From: Proteromonas lacertae
Taxonomy: Eukaryota
DNA: 64,000 nucleotides
Direction: 5' to 3'
Assembly: GCA_002245135.1 (NCBI GenBank)
Contig: NGBS01000304.1
Coordinates: 1 to 64,000, forward strand
Position 1 is the first letter of the stretch; each line of letters starts with the position of its first letter. Below, in pieces: positions 13,753-28,307 of this stretch. The translations under genes and the position numbers were made by a program. The notes below the pieces were generated by a model. That model was not told the origin of the DNA. It did not search any database and saw only the letters and a list, made by a program, of their open reading frames with translations.

Positions 13753-14421
13753 TTAACAATGATAATCCTTTTTGAAAAGTTGTTCATCAATATCATCACC
13801 TATTATATTTCGATCTAAATCCACTCTTTGTAGAGATGTTAATTTCTCTATATTTTCACATAAATATTCTACTCCTTTATCACCTATTTTGTTTTGTAAT
13901 TATCATTATTATAATTACATATACCATATAAAGATAATCCTTCTAAATTAGGAATATCTTTAAAATGTGAACATAAATATTCCATATCTTCATCTCCTAA
14001 TTCACAACCTATTACATATTAATTGCGTTTATAATAATACATACCTCCCAATAATAATTCTTTCAAATTTCGAAGAAAATGAAGATTTTCTGATAAAGCT
14101 TCTAAACTATTATTACCAAATTTATTAGCTGAATATAATGACATCAAATTTGGAAAGAATTTTAATAAATCTGATAGAACCTTCAAATCTTTAGCAGTTA
14201 TTTTAAAAAATGATTCTATGTTTATCAACCTTATATTTATTAATATTACAATCAATTCTATAACAAGAATAATATTATAAAAGCTTAGATAGAAATTATA
14301 CAATATAAATCATAATGTATTGTATATTAAGTGTTGATGATTGTACATAGTCTAATAATGAAGATGATTTATAATCATATACAAATTTCGATTGTTTGGT
14401 ATGTTCTTGTGAAATAAACAT
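13753..14421 (-). CDS. RNI-like leucine-rich repeat protein
   Basis: Spliced repeats NKFGNNSLEALSENLHFLRNLKELLL, ELGDEDMEYLCSHFKDIPNLEGLSL, NKIGDKGVEYLCENIEKLTSLQRVDL. Confidence 0.65.
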
Positions 14422-14467
14422 TTTGAAACTCGATCTGCTCAAATCTGTTTTTCTTCTTTTTTGAAAA

Positions 14468-16586
14468 ATGCCATTTACTGTTCAACATCATGGAATTAAA
14501 AAGACAATCGAAGTATCTGAACATCAACCACTAGTATATATATAGGATTAAGTATTTAGAATATAATAAGAAACAATGCTTGTGCTGCTTTCTCAATTTC
14601 TAAAGAAGTAATACTTGTAATTATGATTTTATAGAATGCGAATTATTATGCTCTCATTTTTAATGGGAAACCATTGAATTTATCTCAAACTCTGTCTTTA
14701 CAGTCGTTAAACAAACACAGCTGGGTGGTATTGAAAAGAATGTCAGAATCCGTAACACAAGTAGATAAAGTCCGAGTATGTATGCAAAGTTCGCTTGGTC
14801 GTTTTGAAGTATAATTAGTGTTTATTTTATGTTATCTATAGGGTACATTTATGTCAAACACAATATTATTCGATATATTGACAAGTTTAGTCCCGAAATT
14901 TAGTGAAGGAGTTCCTTCCATTACCTATATGAGACAAAAAGTCGAAGGTTCAATGTTATTTGAAACAACGTTAGAAGATTTAGGAATATTAAATGGTTCA
15001 GCATTATTGAGGGTTAATTTTACTCCAGGCAAATTTGAAACTCTTCCATCTTCATCATCAATTACTTTCCCAAGCCAAGATCAAGCCAATAATGTTGGTA
15101 ATGATGTATTATTACCTAAAGATGATGCAATGGATGAAGAAGAAAATGATGATGAAGAAGAAAATTCTGGAAAAAGAAAAGCTCCAAAAATGATATTAAA
15201 ACCATTATTTTCATCATCATCATCTTCTTCTTCTTTAGATAATGCACCTAACACAAACACACCGAATTTATTATTAAATCCTCAACCACCAACTGATCCA
15301 ATAGAAAGATGCATATTTTACTTAGGTGAAATTCGTCGAACAATATCTGATCCAGAATATACATCTTCAATGAAAACTATAAGTAAAATAATTGACAATA
15401 TAATCAACAAACCAGGTGAACCAATGGTGAGAAGAATGAAAACAACGAATGCGGCATTTAGTAAGAAAATATTAATATATCCAAATTGTATACAATTATT
15501 ATTTTCACTTGGCTTTACAATTTATTCTGATGAAAGTGGTGATTATTATATGTTAAAGCCAGAGAATGAAGATATGAAATTATTGAAAGATATACAGAGT
15601 AGGGTTCATACAATAGTAGAAGCTCAAAATATATTAAATCAAAATAATAATAATGATGAAGATAATAATAATGAACAACGAATAAATTTTGATCCATATA
15701 AACCAATTGTATATATATATATATATAATTTATATTTATTAGATCACTTCATTAACAGGTCAAAAATCAACAGGAAAGAGTTTAATTGATGAAGAAGTAG
15801 AAACATTACGAAAGAAACAGGAAAGAATAATGAGTAAAATTCCTGAAAGAAATATATTAATATATAAAAGTACTTCTAAAACAAATGATAATTCCCTTCC
15901 AATATCTGATGCAGTAGAGATAACTGATAATAATAATATTCCACCAGCATTACCAACAGTAAATCCAACTTCAATATTTGAAGAAGAAAATGAAAATAAT
16001 GATAATAATAATATCAGTGGAAAAGGTGACAGATCTTTAGTGTCTGGTGCAATTCAGCGTGAAAGAGAGAATCGTGAGAAAATGATGAATTTTCAAACTC
16101 AAGCAATGAGAGAAAGAGATCGATTAAAGAAAAGAAAAGTGTATGATAAAGTGTTGATAAAAATACTATTTCCAGATAAATGTATATATATATATATAAA
16201 TATATAATTATTTGTTATTTTATATAGATCGTTTTCAAGCTTATTTCGGTCCAAAAGAATGTATAAATGATGTTCTTTTACTTATCAAAACAACAATGAA
16301 AAGTGATTATCAAAATTTAGGTATTCAGTTGTATACATCTCCACCTAAAGTGATTTATAAACCTACTGATGTATTATTTGATTTGAACCTAGGTGCTGCT
16401 TGTGTGTTTTATTTATCTTGGAAATCTTCACCTCCTCCATCTGATGTAGTGTATTTTGATGAAAGATTTATAACAGATGAAGATGATGTGGTAGTAAGAT
16501 TACCTACAGGAGTTGGTTTAGCTGATGATAGTGGAGATAAAAAGAAAAATATGTTAAATGCGTTGAAAAATAAGTTGTTTCATTAA
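14468..16586 (+). CDS. TUG/UBXD-like p97 cofactor with ubiquitin-like, PUB and UBX domains
   Basis: PUB-like KTISKIIDNIINKPGEPMVRRMKTTNAAF...LFSLGF; UBX-like KVLIKILFPD...QAYFGPKE...LYTSPPK; N-terminal UBL-like exons. Confidence 0.8.
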
Positions 16587-16692
16587 ATAAAATCTAAATA
16601 ATATTATAAATTTTATAAGAATAGAGAATTTTATTGTATGTTTGACAAAGCTTGAGAAGAATATTTCAATCTTCACCGTATATATCTCATTA

Positions 16693-18208
16693 ATGTATAA
16701 ATTATTATCCAAATCTATTAACATTACTTCCATGAATATTAGAAATATATCAAAACAATCTCGATTCTATCAGTTTGCCAGATTTGAATCAAATTTACAT
16801 GGTTTTATTCCTTTGACATTTCCTGCATTATCTCCAACCATGCAAGTAGGTAAAATCCATCAATGGAAAGTAAAAGAAGGAGATAAGCTAGAATTAGGAA
16901 TGACAATATGCGAAGTAGAAACTGATAAAGCAATTATTGATTTTGATTCAAGCAATGAAGAATATATTGCTAAAATATTAGCTGATGAAAAATCAGGTGA
17001 AATACCAATTGGTAAAACAATTGCTTTATTAACAGAAAAAAAAGAAGATGTAGACAAGATTAAGAATATTAAATATGAAGAAAATGACAAAGAAAATAAA
17101 ACAATAACAACTTCAAATAACAGTAATAAGGAAGAAAAAACAGATAATGAAAGTGAAAGTAATAATTATGATAAACCATTTACTTATTCAGCAAGTCCAG
17201 CTGCTAGAGCTTATATCTATTCGCATGGAGACAATATAAACATTAAGGAAATAAAAGGAAGTGGAAAGAGAGGAATGATAATGAAGGAAGATATTCTAAA
17301 TCATTTAACTAATAAAGAAACTTCAGAAACATTAACAAAAAATGTAATTAAGACAATCACAATTGTAAAAGAAGTAAAAGAAGAAAAAGAAAATAGCAAC
17401 CCAAATGATAAAGTTACAGTTATTACACCCTCAAATATGAGAAGAATAATAGCTGAAAGATTAACAGAGTCTAAAATACAATCACCTCATGGTTATACAT
17501 CAATAGATATTGAAGTATAAATAAATAGAACTTTTTTTTTATTATTTTAGATGGATAATTTAATGAAATATAGAAAAAAGATATTATCTCACAATATTAA
17601 AGTGTCATTTAATGATTTAATTGTAAGAGCAGTAAGTTATGCATTGAAAAAAGTGCCAAAATTAAATTCAACAATTTTAAACAAAGTTGCACAACTAAAT
17701 GACAATATTGATATTTCAATTGCAGTTGCTACAGATAAAGGATTGTATACTCCTATTGTTAAAAGTATTTTTCTTACTAAATTTTTTCTTAGACTGTGAT
17801 AAATTAACATTATCTGAAATATCAAACACTATTAAAAATCTATCAATGAAAGCAAAATCTAATAAACTACTACCTGAAGAATACCAAGGAGGAACATTCA
17901 CAGTAAGTAATCTAGGTATGTTTGGAATTAGAGATTTTTCAGCAGTTATAAATCCACCACAAGTATAATAATGTTGAACATAACACATTAATAGACTTGT
18001 ATTCTTGCAGTTGGTTCTGTGTATGAAGATCTCACATATCTTGATAAAAAGTTTCATTTAATCCATAAAATGACTGCTACACTTTCATATAATAGGTATA
18101 TATATCATATATTTACATTATAGAAACTATATTAATGAATATGATACTAACGAATTTGGTATGGAATTAAAGAAACATTTAGAATCACCTGAACTATTAT
18201 ATGTTTAA
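16693..18208 (+). CDS. Pyruvate dehydrogenase complex E2-like protein, probably non-catalytic E3-binding protein (PDHX-like)
   Basis: Lipoyl domain PALSPTM...VETDKA, E3-binding ASPAAR...[13 protein letters not shown], and acyltransferase core [13 protein letters not shown]; after splicing, DHRxxDG is replaced by YNRNYINE. Confidence 0.85.
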
Positions 18209-18364
18209 TTTGAATTGATTTATTAAATTCTTTCATATTAAAAACACCATAATTATAAACTAAAATGAAAAGACATAATTCAAAATATATTTGTATTGCT
18301 ATTCTATTTATTTTTTAAATCTTGTGATCTATGTATGAAAATTGCCACAGTCTTAGCTTTTTGA

Positions 18365-21300
18365 ATGGCGCATGCAATTACATAGTAGCACAGATGTTAA
18401 AAGGATCAAGCGTATTAATTAATTCACATATTCTTCAATTTTATAGAGAAAATTTCGATTTAATATGACGATTGAAACACTTGAATTTATAATAAATAGA
18501 TTGGCTTATCATGGCATAGATGTTTCAAAAGGAACAGTATCTATCCCATCGTTAAGGAATGGTTACGAATGGAAATACCCAAAAGAGTTGGAACTAGAAA
18601 GAAAAGAATTATTAAAACTATCAATTTTGTGTCAAAACATAGAATCAATAAGTATTGAGGGTAATAAAATAAACAACGATCAACAACAATATGATATAGA
18701 AAATTACAATATACACTTCCTATTATTCCCATTAATACTTGAAATAAAGCTGAATAGATTCCCAATCAACTTAATTCGTCATATTACCGTCCACAAATAC
18801 CAATTGAAATACTTACACATAGAAAATAGTCCATCTGATTATTGTGGCACTTATTTAGATGGAAATAACGATAAATTAGAGTGGAATAAATTAGAATACT
18901 TGAATTTGTCCTATAATACTATTCGAGAAATAGATTCTACACTTAAATTAATACCATACTGCAAGCATTTGGAATTACATCATAACAAAATATCAAAAAT
19001 TGCAAATTTGGAGAGATGCTTTCAATTAGATACTCTAAATTTGAGTTACAATTGTATACAGACTATAGAAAATTTGAATGTGTTGTTAGGATTTATAAAA
19101 GTGATAGATTTGTCTTATAATCAAATTCGAAGTCTAGAAGGGTTTAAAAAGTCTTATTCTATACAAGTATACCTATATATTATATGCATATTTATTTATT
19201 TCAATAATAGAAGTTGAACCTAGCTCACAATCTCATATCTTCATTTGATGAGGTCAGAATCCTTTCAAAGTTCCCTGATATCATAGAAATCACATTAGAA
19301 GGAAATCCAATCTATAATGATCGCAACTATCGTAAAACAATTTATGAAATTTTTGCTGATCAAAATATAGAAAGTAATAATGGATTTATATTAGATGGAA
19401 ATAAAGGAAATGAAATTTTAAATACTGGTACTGTTACAACACCTAATAATAATAATAATACTTTAACTCCAAAACAGAAATTAATTCGAAGTGTAAAAAA
19501 GATTAGTGACAATAATAAAATGAAAAAAATAAATCAAAAAAGTAATAAAAGAAAAGTATAGTTATAATAATATAATATTATTATGTAAATAGTCTGTTAG
19601 AAGACAAGCAATCGTAAATGATTCATCAGAACCAACAACAATTAAAGATGAATCTACAATGGATTTATTCAAACTTACTCAAGCTATTACTCAATTGAAA
19701 AAATCAGGTGGTAGTGATTGGTTAAAACAATTTACAGAAGATTTAAATCGAAACGACACTAATGTTGTATTAAATGATTCATTTCGAAACCTTCCAAGGT
19801 CTTCTCATAATGATGATAATAATAATGAATTAAAATGTGAATTTCCACCTACACCTTCATCATTATCCACTACACCATTAGAAACAAGTGAATCTGACAC
19901 TAGTACAGTTAATACACCTAATACAACAAATACAACAAATACACCCAAATCTGGTATTTGTACTCCAAGGTTGAATATTACAGTAAGGAATGAGAGTGAT
20001 AGTAATAGATCGAGTTCTTCATTATTATTGACTCCTAGAAGAAAGAAAGGAAAGAGCCAAAGCAATTTGAATATGAATCGATTATTTAACATAAGTGAAG
20101 AATATGATATGAATTTATTGAAATTTGAAGTATAATTAAATGATATTATTATTATTATTATTATTATATACATAGTTTGAAAGTTTAAATAAAAAGATTA
20201 AAAAAGTCAAAATCCAACCAAATAACAATCAACTTCTTAATTCATTAGAATCTAACGAATTCAACACCAAAACACAAGAAATAGAAAATGATGAAAATAG
20301 AGAAGATAATGGCGAAGAAGAATCAAAGAATGATGAAAAAGTGAACATTCCATTAGATTTAGATGATGATAGAATAGATTATTATTTACAGTCAATTGAG
20401 TATTATATATACTTAGTAGAAGGTGATCAATGCGTAGGAAGAGTTATTTCAATTAGTGGAAATATCTTGAATGTATTGGACGAATTTACACTAGAAGTAG
20501 TTTTTACATATAAAATAACTGATTTTAAGAGTTTTCGATTGATTTCTTTACCTTCTTCTGGTATTAATATTGGATATGAAGATGATGAGATAGAATTTTA
20601 TGTATATATATATATATATATTATTTTATTTTATTTAGTCTTCAGATTTAAATATTCTTGAAGAAATAATTGGTATATTTCATGCAATTAAAAGTATAAA
20701 AGAACAAAAGCTTTGCATTCTCCAATGTTTAACTTGTTACAAATCCCTTCAATATAATGGAAATAATAACGAAATAGATATTGATAAGTATATAAAATGT
20801 GAATGTGGGAATAAAAACTACATAATATCATTTTCAAATGATAAAAATAAGAAATCTAAAACAGTAAGTGAAGAAAGCAGTAATAGTCATTATGATAATA
20901 ATGAAGAAATCAATGAAATGAATGATTTGGTAATTATTGAAAACTATTTTAAAGTAGAAAATAGTATATATATATATATATATAATATAGTGGAATGTGA
21001 TGAAAAGGATGAAGATTTTCTTATTGATGAAAATCTGTCTTATTATATTAGTAAATACATCCTTCCAAGAATTGATACTGATAGTGGTGAACCATTGCAA
21101 TATAAAGGGTTTTATTTAGTATATATATATATATATATATATAATTATTAATATTTATATAGTGTTATTTCAGTTGGTATCAGTCAGCAGAAAGAAGAAA
21201 TGAAAGACCTTGTTTGATTATACTGACAGATTTATTATTGTATAAAAATGAAATATTATATATATATATATTAAATAGATTAATATATTATTACAATGAA

Positions 21301-21992
21301 TTAGAGAATCATGGTACGTTCAAATCATTACCTCAATTTCCTATCATCACACGAGTTGCATATAGAGATATCAATAACATATGTATGTCAATGTCAACAC
21401 AATCATTTATTATAAAACTACAGAATGGAAAATCATTTATTGTTATTACTAGACAAAGAACAATGACTTTAGAACTTATACAATTATTCCAGGAAAGTTG
21501 TAATGATGAAGATGGAACGTTAATATCAGATCAAAGAGAATTTGAAGTTTCATTAATTCAAGTATATATAATAATAATATAATTTAAATATTTAAATATT
21601 ATTATTATATAGGATCAATTATTTAGTAATGAAAAGAATAAAATAGTGAAATGTTATTTACTTTGCTTATATAGGAAGAATGATAGTAAATATTATACTC
21701 CTGTATCTATAATTTTGAATGATGATAAAATATTTATATGTGATGAAGATTTATCTAAATCTGCCTCTGATTTAATGTTTTATAAAACATTATATAGTTT
21801 TGAAGGAAAGTATATATATAATCATTTATCTTATATATTTAATATAGAAAATGTAGTTATTCTCCAACAGAAACTGCAACTGAAATAAAACTATATTGTT
21901 CAAAGAACTTAAATAATATGATATTATTTGTAAGGGCAAAAACTGAATCGGATTTAAGAGTATTAACTAAACATTTAAATGAAAAAAAGTAA
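18365..21992 (+). CDS. LRR protein, nischarin/STK11IP-like, multi-exon
   Basis: SDS22-like LRRs (WNKLEYLNLSYNTIREIDSTLKLIP...LEGNPI) followed by S/T-rich and possible PH-like segments. Confidence 0.7.
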
Positions 21993-22186
21993 TATAAATA
22001 TTATTTGTATTTATTGTTTGTTTAGTCACTAATTAGACTTTTATTGTAAGATAAAACATATTGATTTTTTATTGTTATTAGTTTATAATATCATTTAAAA
22101 AGCAAATGCTCAAATATAACACACTATATCGGTGTTCTTGTTTACAATTGAAAAAAATACAGGAAAAAAATATAAAAATAAAATCA

Positions 22187-24097
22187 CTAATTCATTTTGT
22201 TTAATTCTTCTAATAATTTGTTTATTTCTTCTTTCTCTTCATCATCATTTCTTTGACTATCTACATATTTGAGTGATTCTTCTAAATATTCTTTACTCTT
22301 TTCTTTTTCTTTCTATTTATATCATATATCAATTATCAAATAATACAATTTGAAGATAATATTTTCCCATTACTTTATTATACCAATATTTTGTATAATC
22401 ATCACATAATTCATCTTTTACTTCATTCAAATATGAAATTGTCTTTTCTTTATTTCCTATTTCCAAATAACATTCTGCTATATCTACCTTTACTAGATTT
22501 TTATCTATTTCATTTTCTAAATAATCTAATGAAGTACTATAATATTTCAATGCTTCTTCATATTCTTTCTACTTAATATTACAATGATGAATATACTAAA
22601 TTAAAATAACAATAACCTAATTCATTATTATTCCATTCTTTTTCTTTATTTGATGATGAATATTCTAAGGCACTTTTAAAGTAACGAATTGCTTCTCTAT
22701 ATTCTTTCTATTTATTATTACAATGATGAATATACTAAATTAAAATAACAATTACCAATCATTCTGTTATTATATTCTTTATCTTCATTTGTTGATGAAT
22801 ATTCTAATGCAATTTTATAATATATAATTGCTTCCACATAACGATTCTAATGAATAATTATTATATATATACTATATTGTAATAACAGTCTCCTATACCA
22901 CAATTATTCATTCGTATATCTTCATTTAATGTAGAAAATAATAACGATTTTTTATAATATTGAATTGATTTTTGATATTCATTCTACGCTATATATCAAT
23001 CTATAAATACTAATTCAAAATAACAACATCCTAGCCGATTATAACAAGTAATTTTATTATCACTTTCTGAAGCATATTCTAATCCATTTTCGTAATATGG
23101 AATTGTTTCTCTGTATTCTTTCTATTCATTTCATAATATATAACAATATACATTTTCATAATAATAATCTCCTATTATCTCATTCATTTTATAGTTTTCT
23201 TTTTGTGAATTGTTTTCTCTCATTTCTACCATCATTTCATTCGCTTTTTCTTTTTCTTTATTCTTCAATAATTCAATAATAACATTAACTCTAATTCTGA
23301 ATATTAATTCTTCTATTGTCATTCGATTATCTTTATTCACTGCTAATAATCTACATAATATATTATTGTATCTTTCGTTTAGTTTATCATTATTTTCATA
23401 TTTAAATTCTGTTATGGATTTTATTAAATCATAAATTGAATTGGTTTTAAATGGAATTTCTTTTCTTAATAATCTATAATAGATTATTCCTATATTCCAT
23501 ATATCACTTGCAACATTCATTTCTTCATCTTTCAATATTTCTGGACTTAAATATATTATCTCATCCATATCTCTTTTTATATCATTTAATCTGTCTTTCA
23601 ATAACAAATATTTTAAATTATCAACTATTATTATATCTCCTTCTTCATTCAACAACATATTATTCAGCTTGATATTGTTATATATCATACCATTTTCTTC
23701 CAGTGTCTTTATCGCTTTTATCAATTTTAACATTATCTCATTGATTTCTATCTCTTTTAACTCTTTCTTAAACATTAACTCTTCTAAGTTACTCTCATAT
23801 TTCGTCATTATCAATATCACATATTTTTCGGTAATTATGTATTTATCATATATCAATACATTGCTCACTCTCAAATTACTCGATTTCTCTAGTGATTCAA
23901 CAAAACAATCCAAACACCTCAAATTCATTTTATCTCTGTTATATATCTTCACATATTTTATATCATTACTATTCTTTTCTTTAACTTCCAACAAAACACT
24001 TAAATCACTCTTCTTTATCACTCTTATCAACTATTTCATATTAAACAACAGTAAAATATACAGAATATTCATCACTTATACTTTCAAATTCTTCCAT
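22187..24097 (-). CDS. Pseudokinase-TPR repeat protein, copy 2 (four 111-nt TPR exons, frame intact)
   Basis: Near-identical kinase exon and ~70-bp upstream region to copy 1, in inverted orientation; same intron positions. Confidence 0.88.
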
Positions 24098-24239
24098 TCT
24101 TAAGAAATTTTAATCTCAAAATCAATCAAGCCAAATATTTTTTTAATGTTTTTTTATGTAAATACTTATAGATATTTATTTCATCTATTATATTTAAATA
24201 TTACTCATAAACACAGTATAATATATAATAAAAATTCAT

Positions 24240-24423
24240 TTAATGACTTACAGATACAAGATCTCCAAGTTCTTTTAAAAACTCACGACTATTTACTAAC
24301 TCACTACAGCCATAGATTATATTCTTCTTACTTCGACTACTTTTACTATAACTCTTTAAATTCTCATATTCACTATAACAACCACCTCCAATTACAAACA
24401 CAATCACATTATCAAATGTTGTA
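24240..24423 (-). pseudogene. Orphan 3' fragment of a Sly1/SCFD1 (Sec1-family) gene
   Basis: TTFDNVIVFVIGGGCYSEYENL...NIIYGCSELVNSREFLKEL...* matches the Sly1 C-terminus; no room upstream for the rest of the gene. Confidence 0.6.
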
Positions 24424-24647
24424 TTAAAAAATAGAAATTCTTGAAAAGGTTTGAGATTTGTATATTTATTTTACATTCATATACATGTAATATGATATGG
24501 CTTGATAAAAAGTATAAGTAATATGCAACATATGCCGTTACGTATAAGTATTATGAAATATTGAATCATTTTTCTATTTCTTTCAATGAATATAGTTTTA
24601 TGAAGCAAATAATATATAAAGAAGTAGATAATATAATTAATTTTTAA

Positions 24648-27026
24648 CTACTTTATGAAATTGTAAAGAACATTTGCTAATGTTCTTATATCTTCATTTC
24701 CACTTAACATATGTTCTTTTATACCAATTATATAACTTCCTATTAATTTTGGATATTGTGGTTCATTTCTTAACTGATTTAATGATATTAATATGTTAAG
24801 AATCAATTCATTGTTGTTAATTGAAAGTAGTTTCAATAATTTCTTACCCCAAATTGATGCACTGAATACTTTGGTATATTTATCTAAACAATAATATAAC
24901 TATTACATACGTGAAATGCATAACAGAGAAATAAAATGAGTTGCTTGAATCAATAATGTAAGACGAGTCATATTATTCAGAAAACTCTTTACAACATTCA
25001 ATAAATCATTTGAATATTTATAATTCTCTAAATATTAATAATATTAACATTATAAGATAATACATATATATATACCATTTTTAGCCATCATGTTTAATAC
25101 AATGAATGAATTCAACTGTAATTCATATTCTTGATCACATAAACAATCTTGAATTAAACTCAATATCTTCGAGTTGTTAATATCATCGAAATATTCAGGT
25201 ATTGGAGCAATTGTTATTAAACATTTTAATCCAAGAATTATAAGTTCACTATCTTCATTTTCTATACATTCTTGAATTAGTGAAACTATTTTCAGGTTTT
25301 TAAACTCAGGTATAAACTCCTCTATAAATCATTAAAAAGGTATAAATATATATATACTTCTATTAATCAACATATTACATAACTTAATAGCTGGACAGCA
25401 AACATCCATATCATCATCAGAACAGAGTTTATATAACTCTTTCACTATAAATTATGATATATACATTATATAATATTATATTATATATTAATAATACAAT
25501 AATTGGTTGATAATATCAATTCATATTCAACATTAGTAAATTTCTTTGTTAAAAGTACTTCTATTGATGCAATACAATGAATTCTCACTTTTTCTTTTGT
25601 CCTTTCAAATAATTCTTTTGTTTCTACTTTTTCATTTATCCATAATGTCTTTAAGATAAAGATTACTGATGATTTTTGAGATAATGATAAAGCAGGAAGT
25701 TTTACATCATTAATGATTTTCGAATATTGTAATTCTTTTAACAGTGGTATAAATTTTGATGTTTTACAACACTTTTCGATGAATGGAAGTAATAACAACT
25801 GTAAATCTTTCTTATTTTTAAATAATTCTATAATTGTATTTAGTAATTCTTTGTTATTTAAATCTTCCAAGTAAAACTCATAATCTAACAATCTATTTAT
25901 GAATTTTATTATTTCTTTTGTTATTTCTGCATTTGATGATTTTAGAAATGGCAATAGATAAGTCAAAAACTTATTGTCATATGAAAATCTCATGAATGAT
26001 TCTATTGAATGATAATTATAAGTATATATTAATACCCTTTTCAATTTGTGGATAGAAACATCTCAATCCTAACAATATGAATTTATCATCTTTTCTTTCA
26101 TTAAAGAAATTCAATATAAACTGACGATTGCTTTCTTTGGAATAATATGAGGATAAAACATTTAATGAAGCAGTAACTAAATTATTCTTTTTACTTTCAC
26201 TATACAATGAATATATCAACTTTATTTCATTTTCTTTTATTGAATCAACATAATAATTCAATATTTCTAGGAATTTCAGTTGAATATTCTCATTTCTTAC
26301 ATGTTTGAAACTTTTAAATATTGCTTTTAATAAGCCTTCATTGACTAATGTTAATCGATTTTCAGCTATATATATTATTATTATTATTATATATTATATA
26401 CGATTTTTAGAATATTCCAACATTAAATCAGTCATAATATTTATATAAATAATAGCAGAATTATCATTCAAATATTGATTATATTCAACAAAATATTGTG
26501 TTACATAATTCATTATGTTAAAATTTCTTATTTTATTATCATATTCATCTGAACCAGAGTAGTTGTGAAGATAAACTAATAATACATATAACATATCATC
26601 ATCAATAACATCAGCTTTTAGATATTTAGCAATAAATTCTAATGGAACTAAATTGAATATTTCTTGTTCATAAATATCATTTCTTGATAGATTATAAAGA
26701 CATACAAATGCTAAATAAACAATTCTTTGGTTTTTATATTCCAATAAATCTTTTAATGAATTGATACATTTATAAACTGAGTTTATATTCGAATATAATT
26801 GTAATAATGAAATAATATCATAATCTCTTTCTTCTTTGATTAAATCATCCATTATATTCGATAAATCAAATATTTCTTTTGGTAAATAACCACTTGAATA
26901 AGTGTTAATATTGGAATAGAATCTTAAAGCAATTGAGAATAATTCATTTGGTTTTGATACATTCAGATAATAACTTAAGAATTCGATATTCTTACTAAAA
27001 TCAAATTTTCCACCATCCACTATTAT

Positions 27027-27064
<38 letters not shown>

Positions 27065-28307
27065 ATAAATATCCATTATATTATTAATTACAGTAACAGA
27101 TAAGATTTTCACTACTAATTTTGGATTTGTCAACAATTTCTTGCAACATGTCATTAACGAGTTTATATTGAATATATTATAAAAATTATCATCTATTTTA
27201 AGTAAGTATAAAACATTAATATTTTATAATATATATATATATATATACTTGAGGTTATAACAGAAATACATCTTAATACAGATAAAACTACAGTTGTATT
27301 ATTGGTGTATTTGTTTAACATTTCAATAAGTGTTTTTCCTAATTCATTATTAACAATACCTTTGTTAATATGATTACAATAATAACTAGACATACAATCA
27401 CATACAGCTTTAACTGCTAATTCACTATTCAGAATATTCTGCAATAACACAAAGAAATTCTCTTTATCTAATATCTTTTTACATTTATCAGATTGACATA
27501 AATTTTCGTAATATTTTAATATGTTAATTGAGTCATTTGGTTTGAAGGTATTTAATTTGTTGAGAAATAACTTGAAGGATGGATTTTTGAGTAAAATTGG
27601 TATTAAATCATTGAATGAAGATAATGTCTTAAACATTATTATTACATCACTAAATATGTGTTCATCATCAGTATTTAATAATTTAGTTAAATATTTCAAT
27701 ATATCACATTCTACTATATCCTCCAATTTACATTTTGATAATGTTTTGGTTAATAATTCAAATGATACACTGGATAAGGTTTTAATTGAAGATAATGAGT
27801 GTTTTAAATATATATTCATCAAACATTTTTCACTTAATGAAGGACAACTTGTTGCTAATTCAGATTATAAATAATTATTAATATATATACACGAATTACA
27901 TATATTTAGTAATGAACTTAAACCACTTGACACTAATTTCAAGTTATTTGTTGTTTGTAAGCATTTTGAAATACCATTTATCAAAATTGAAGGATGATAT
28001 ACTTTCGCTATAATGAAATACAAATTGCTTTCAATATTATACTGTTTTTCGTGATTATCTCAATACAACTCAAAGAATTTCCTTGTAATTTGGAATCATT
28101 GGATATCAATGCTTCGTATAATTTTGGAAAAATATAATTTTCATCAAATTGCAATTTGGAATCTTCTATTACTTATTAACATTAAGTATTTTATACTATT
28201 AAGAGAATCTAAAAAAATATTAACATCAAACATTGGCTCATCAGCGCTTTTAGCATATTCAGGATAGTATAGGATCTAAGTTATAATATATGATAAGATA
28301 CTGACAT
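24648..28307 (-). CDS. Armadillo/HEAT-repeat protein, multi-exon
   Basis: Long Leu-rich helical ORFs with ARM-like segments (LAFVCLYNLS, VLRCISVIT) linked by ~30-nt introns; start tentative. Confidence 0.65.

Noticed and set aside
924..23672. Many antisense F/L/I/Y-rich ORFs (e.g. 924-1427, 5914-6288, 6285-6506, 23451-23672)
   Set aside because: Shadow frames of AT-rich genes on the opposite strand
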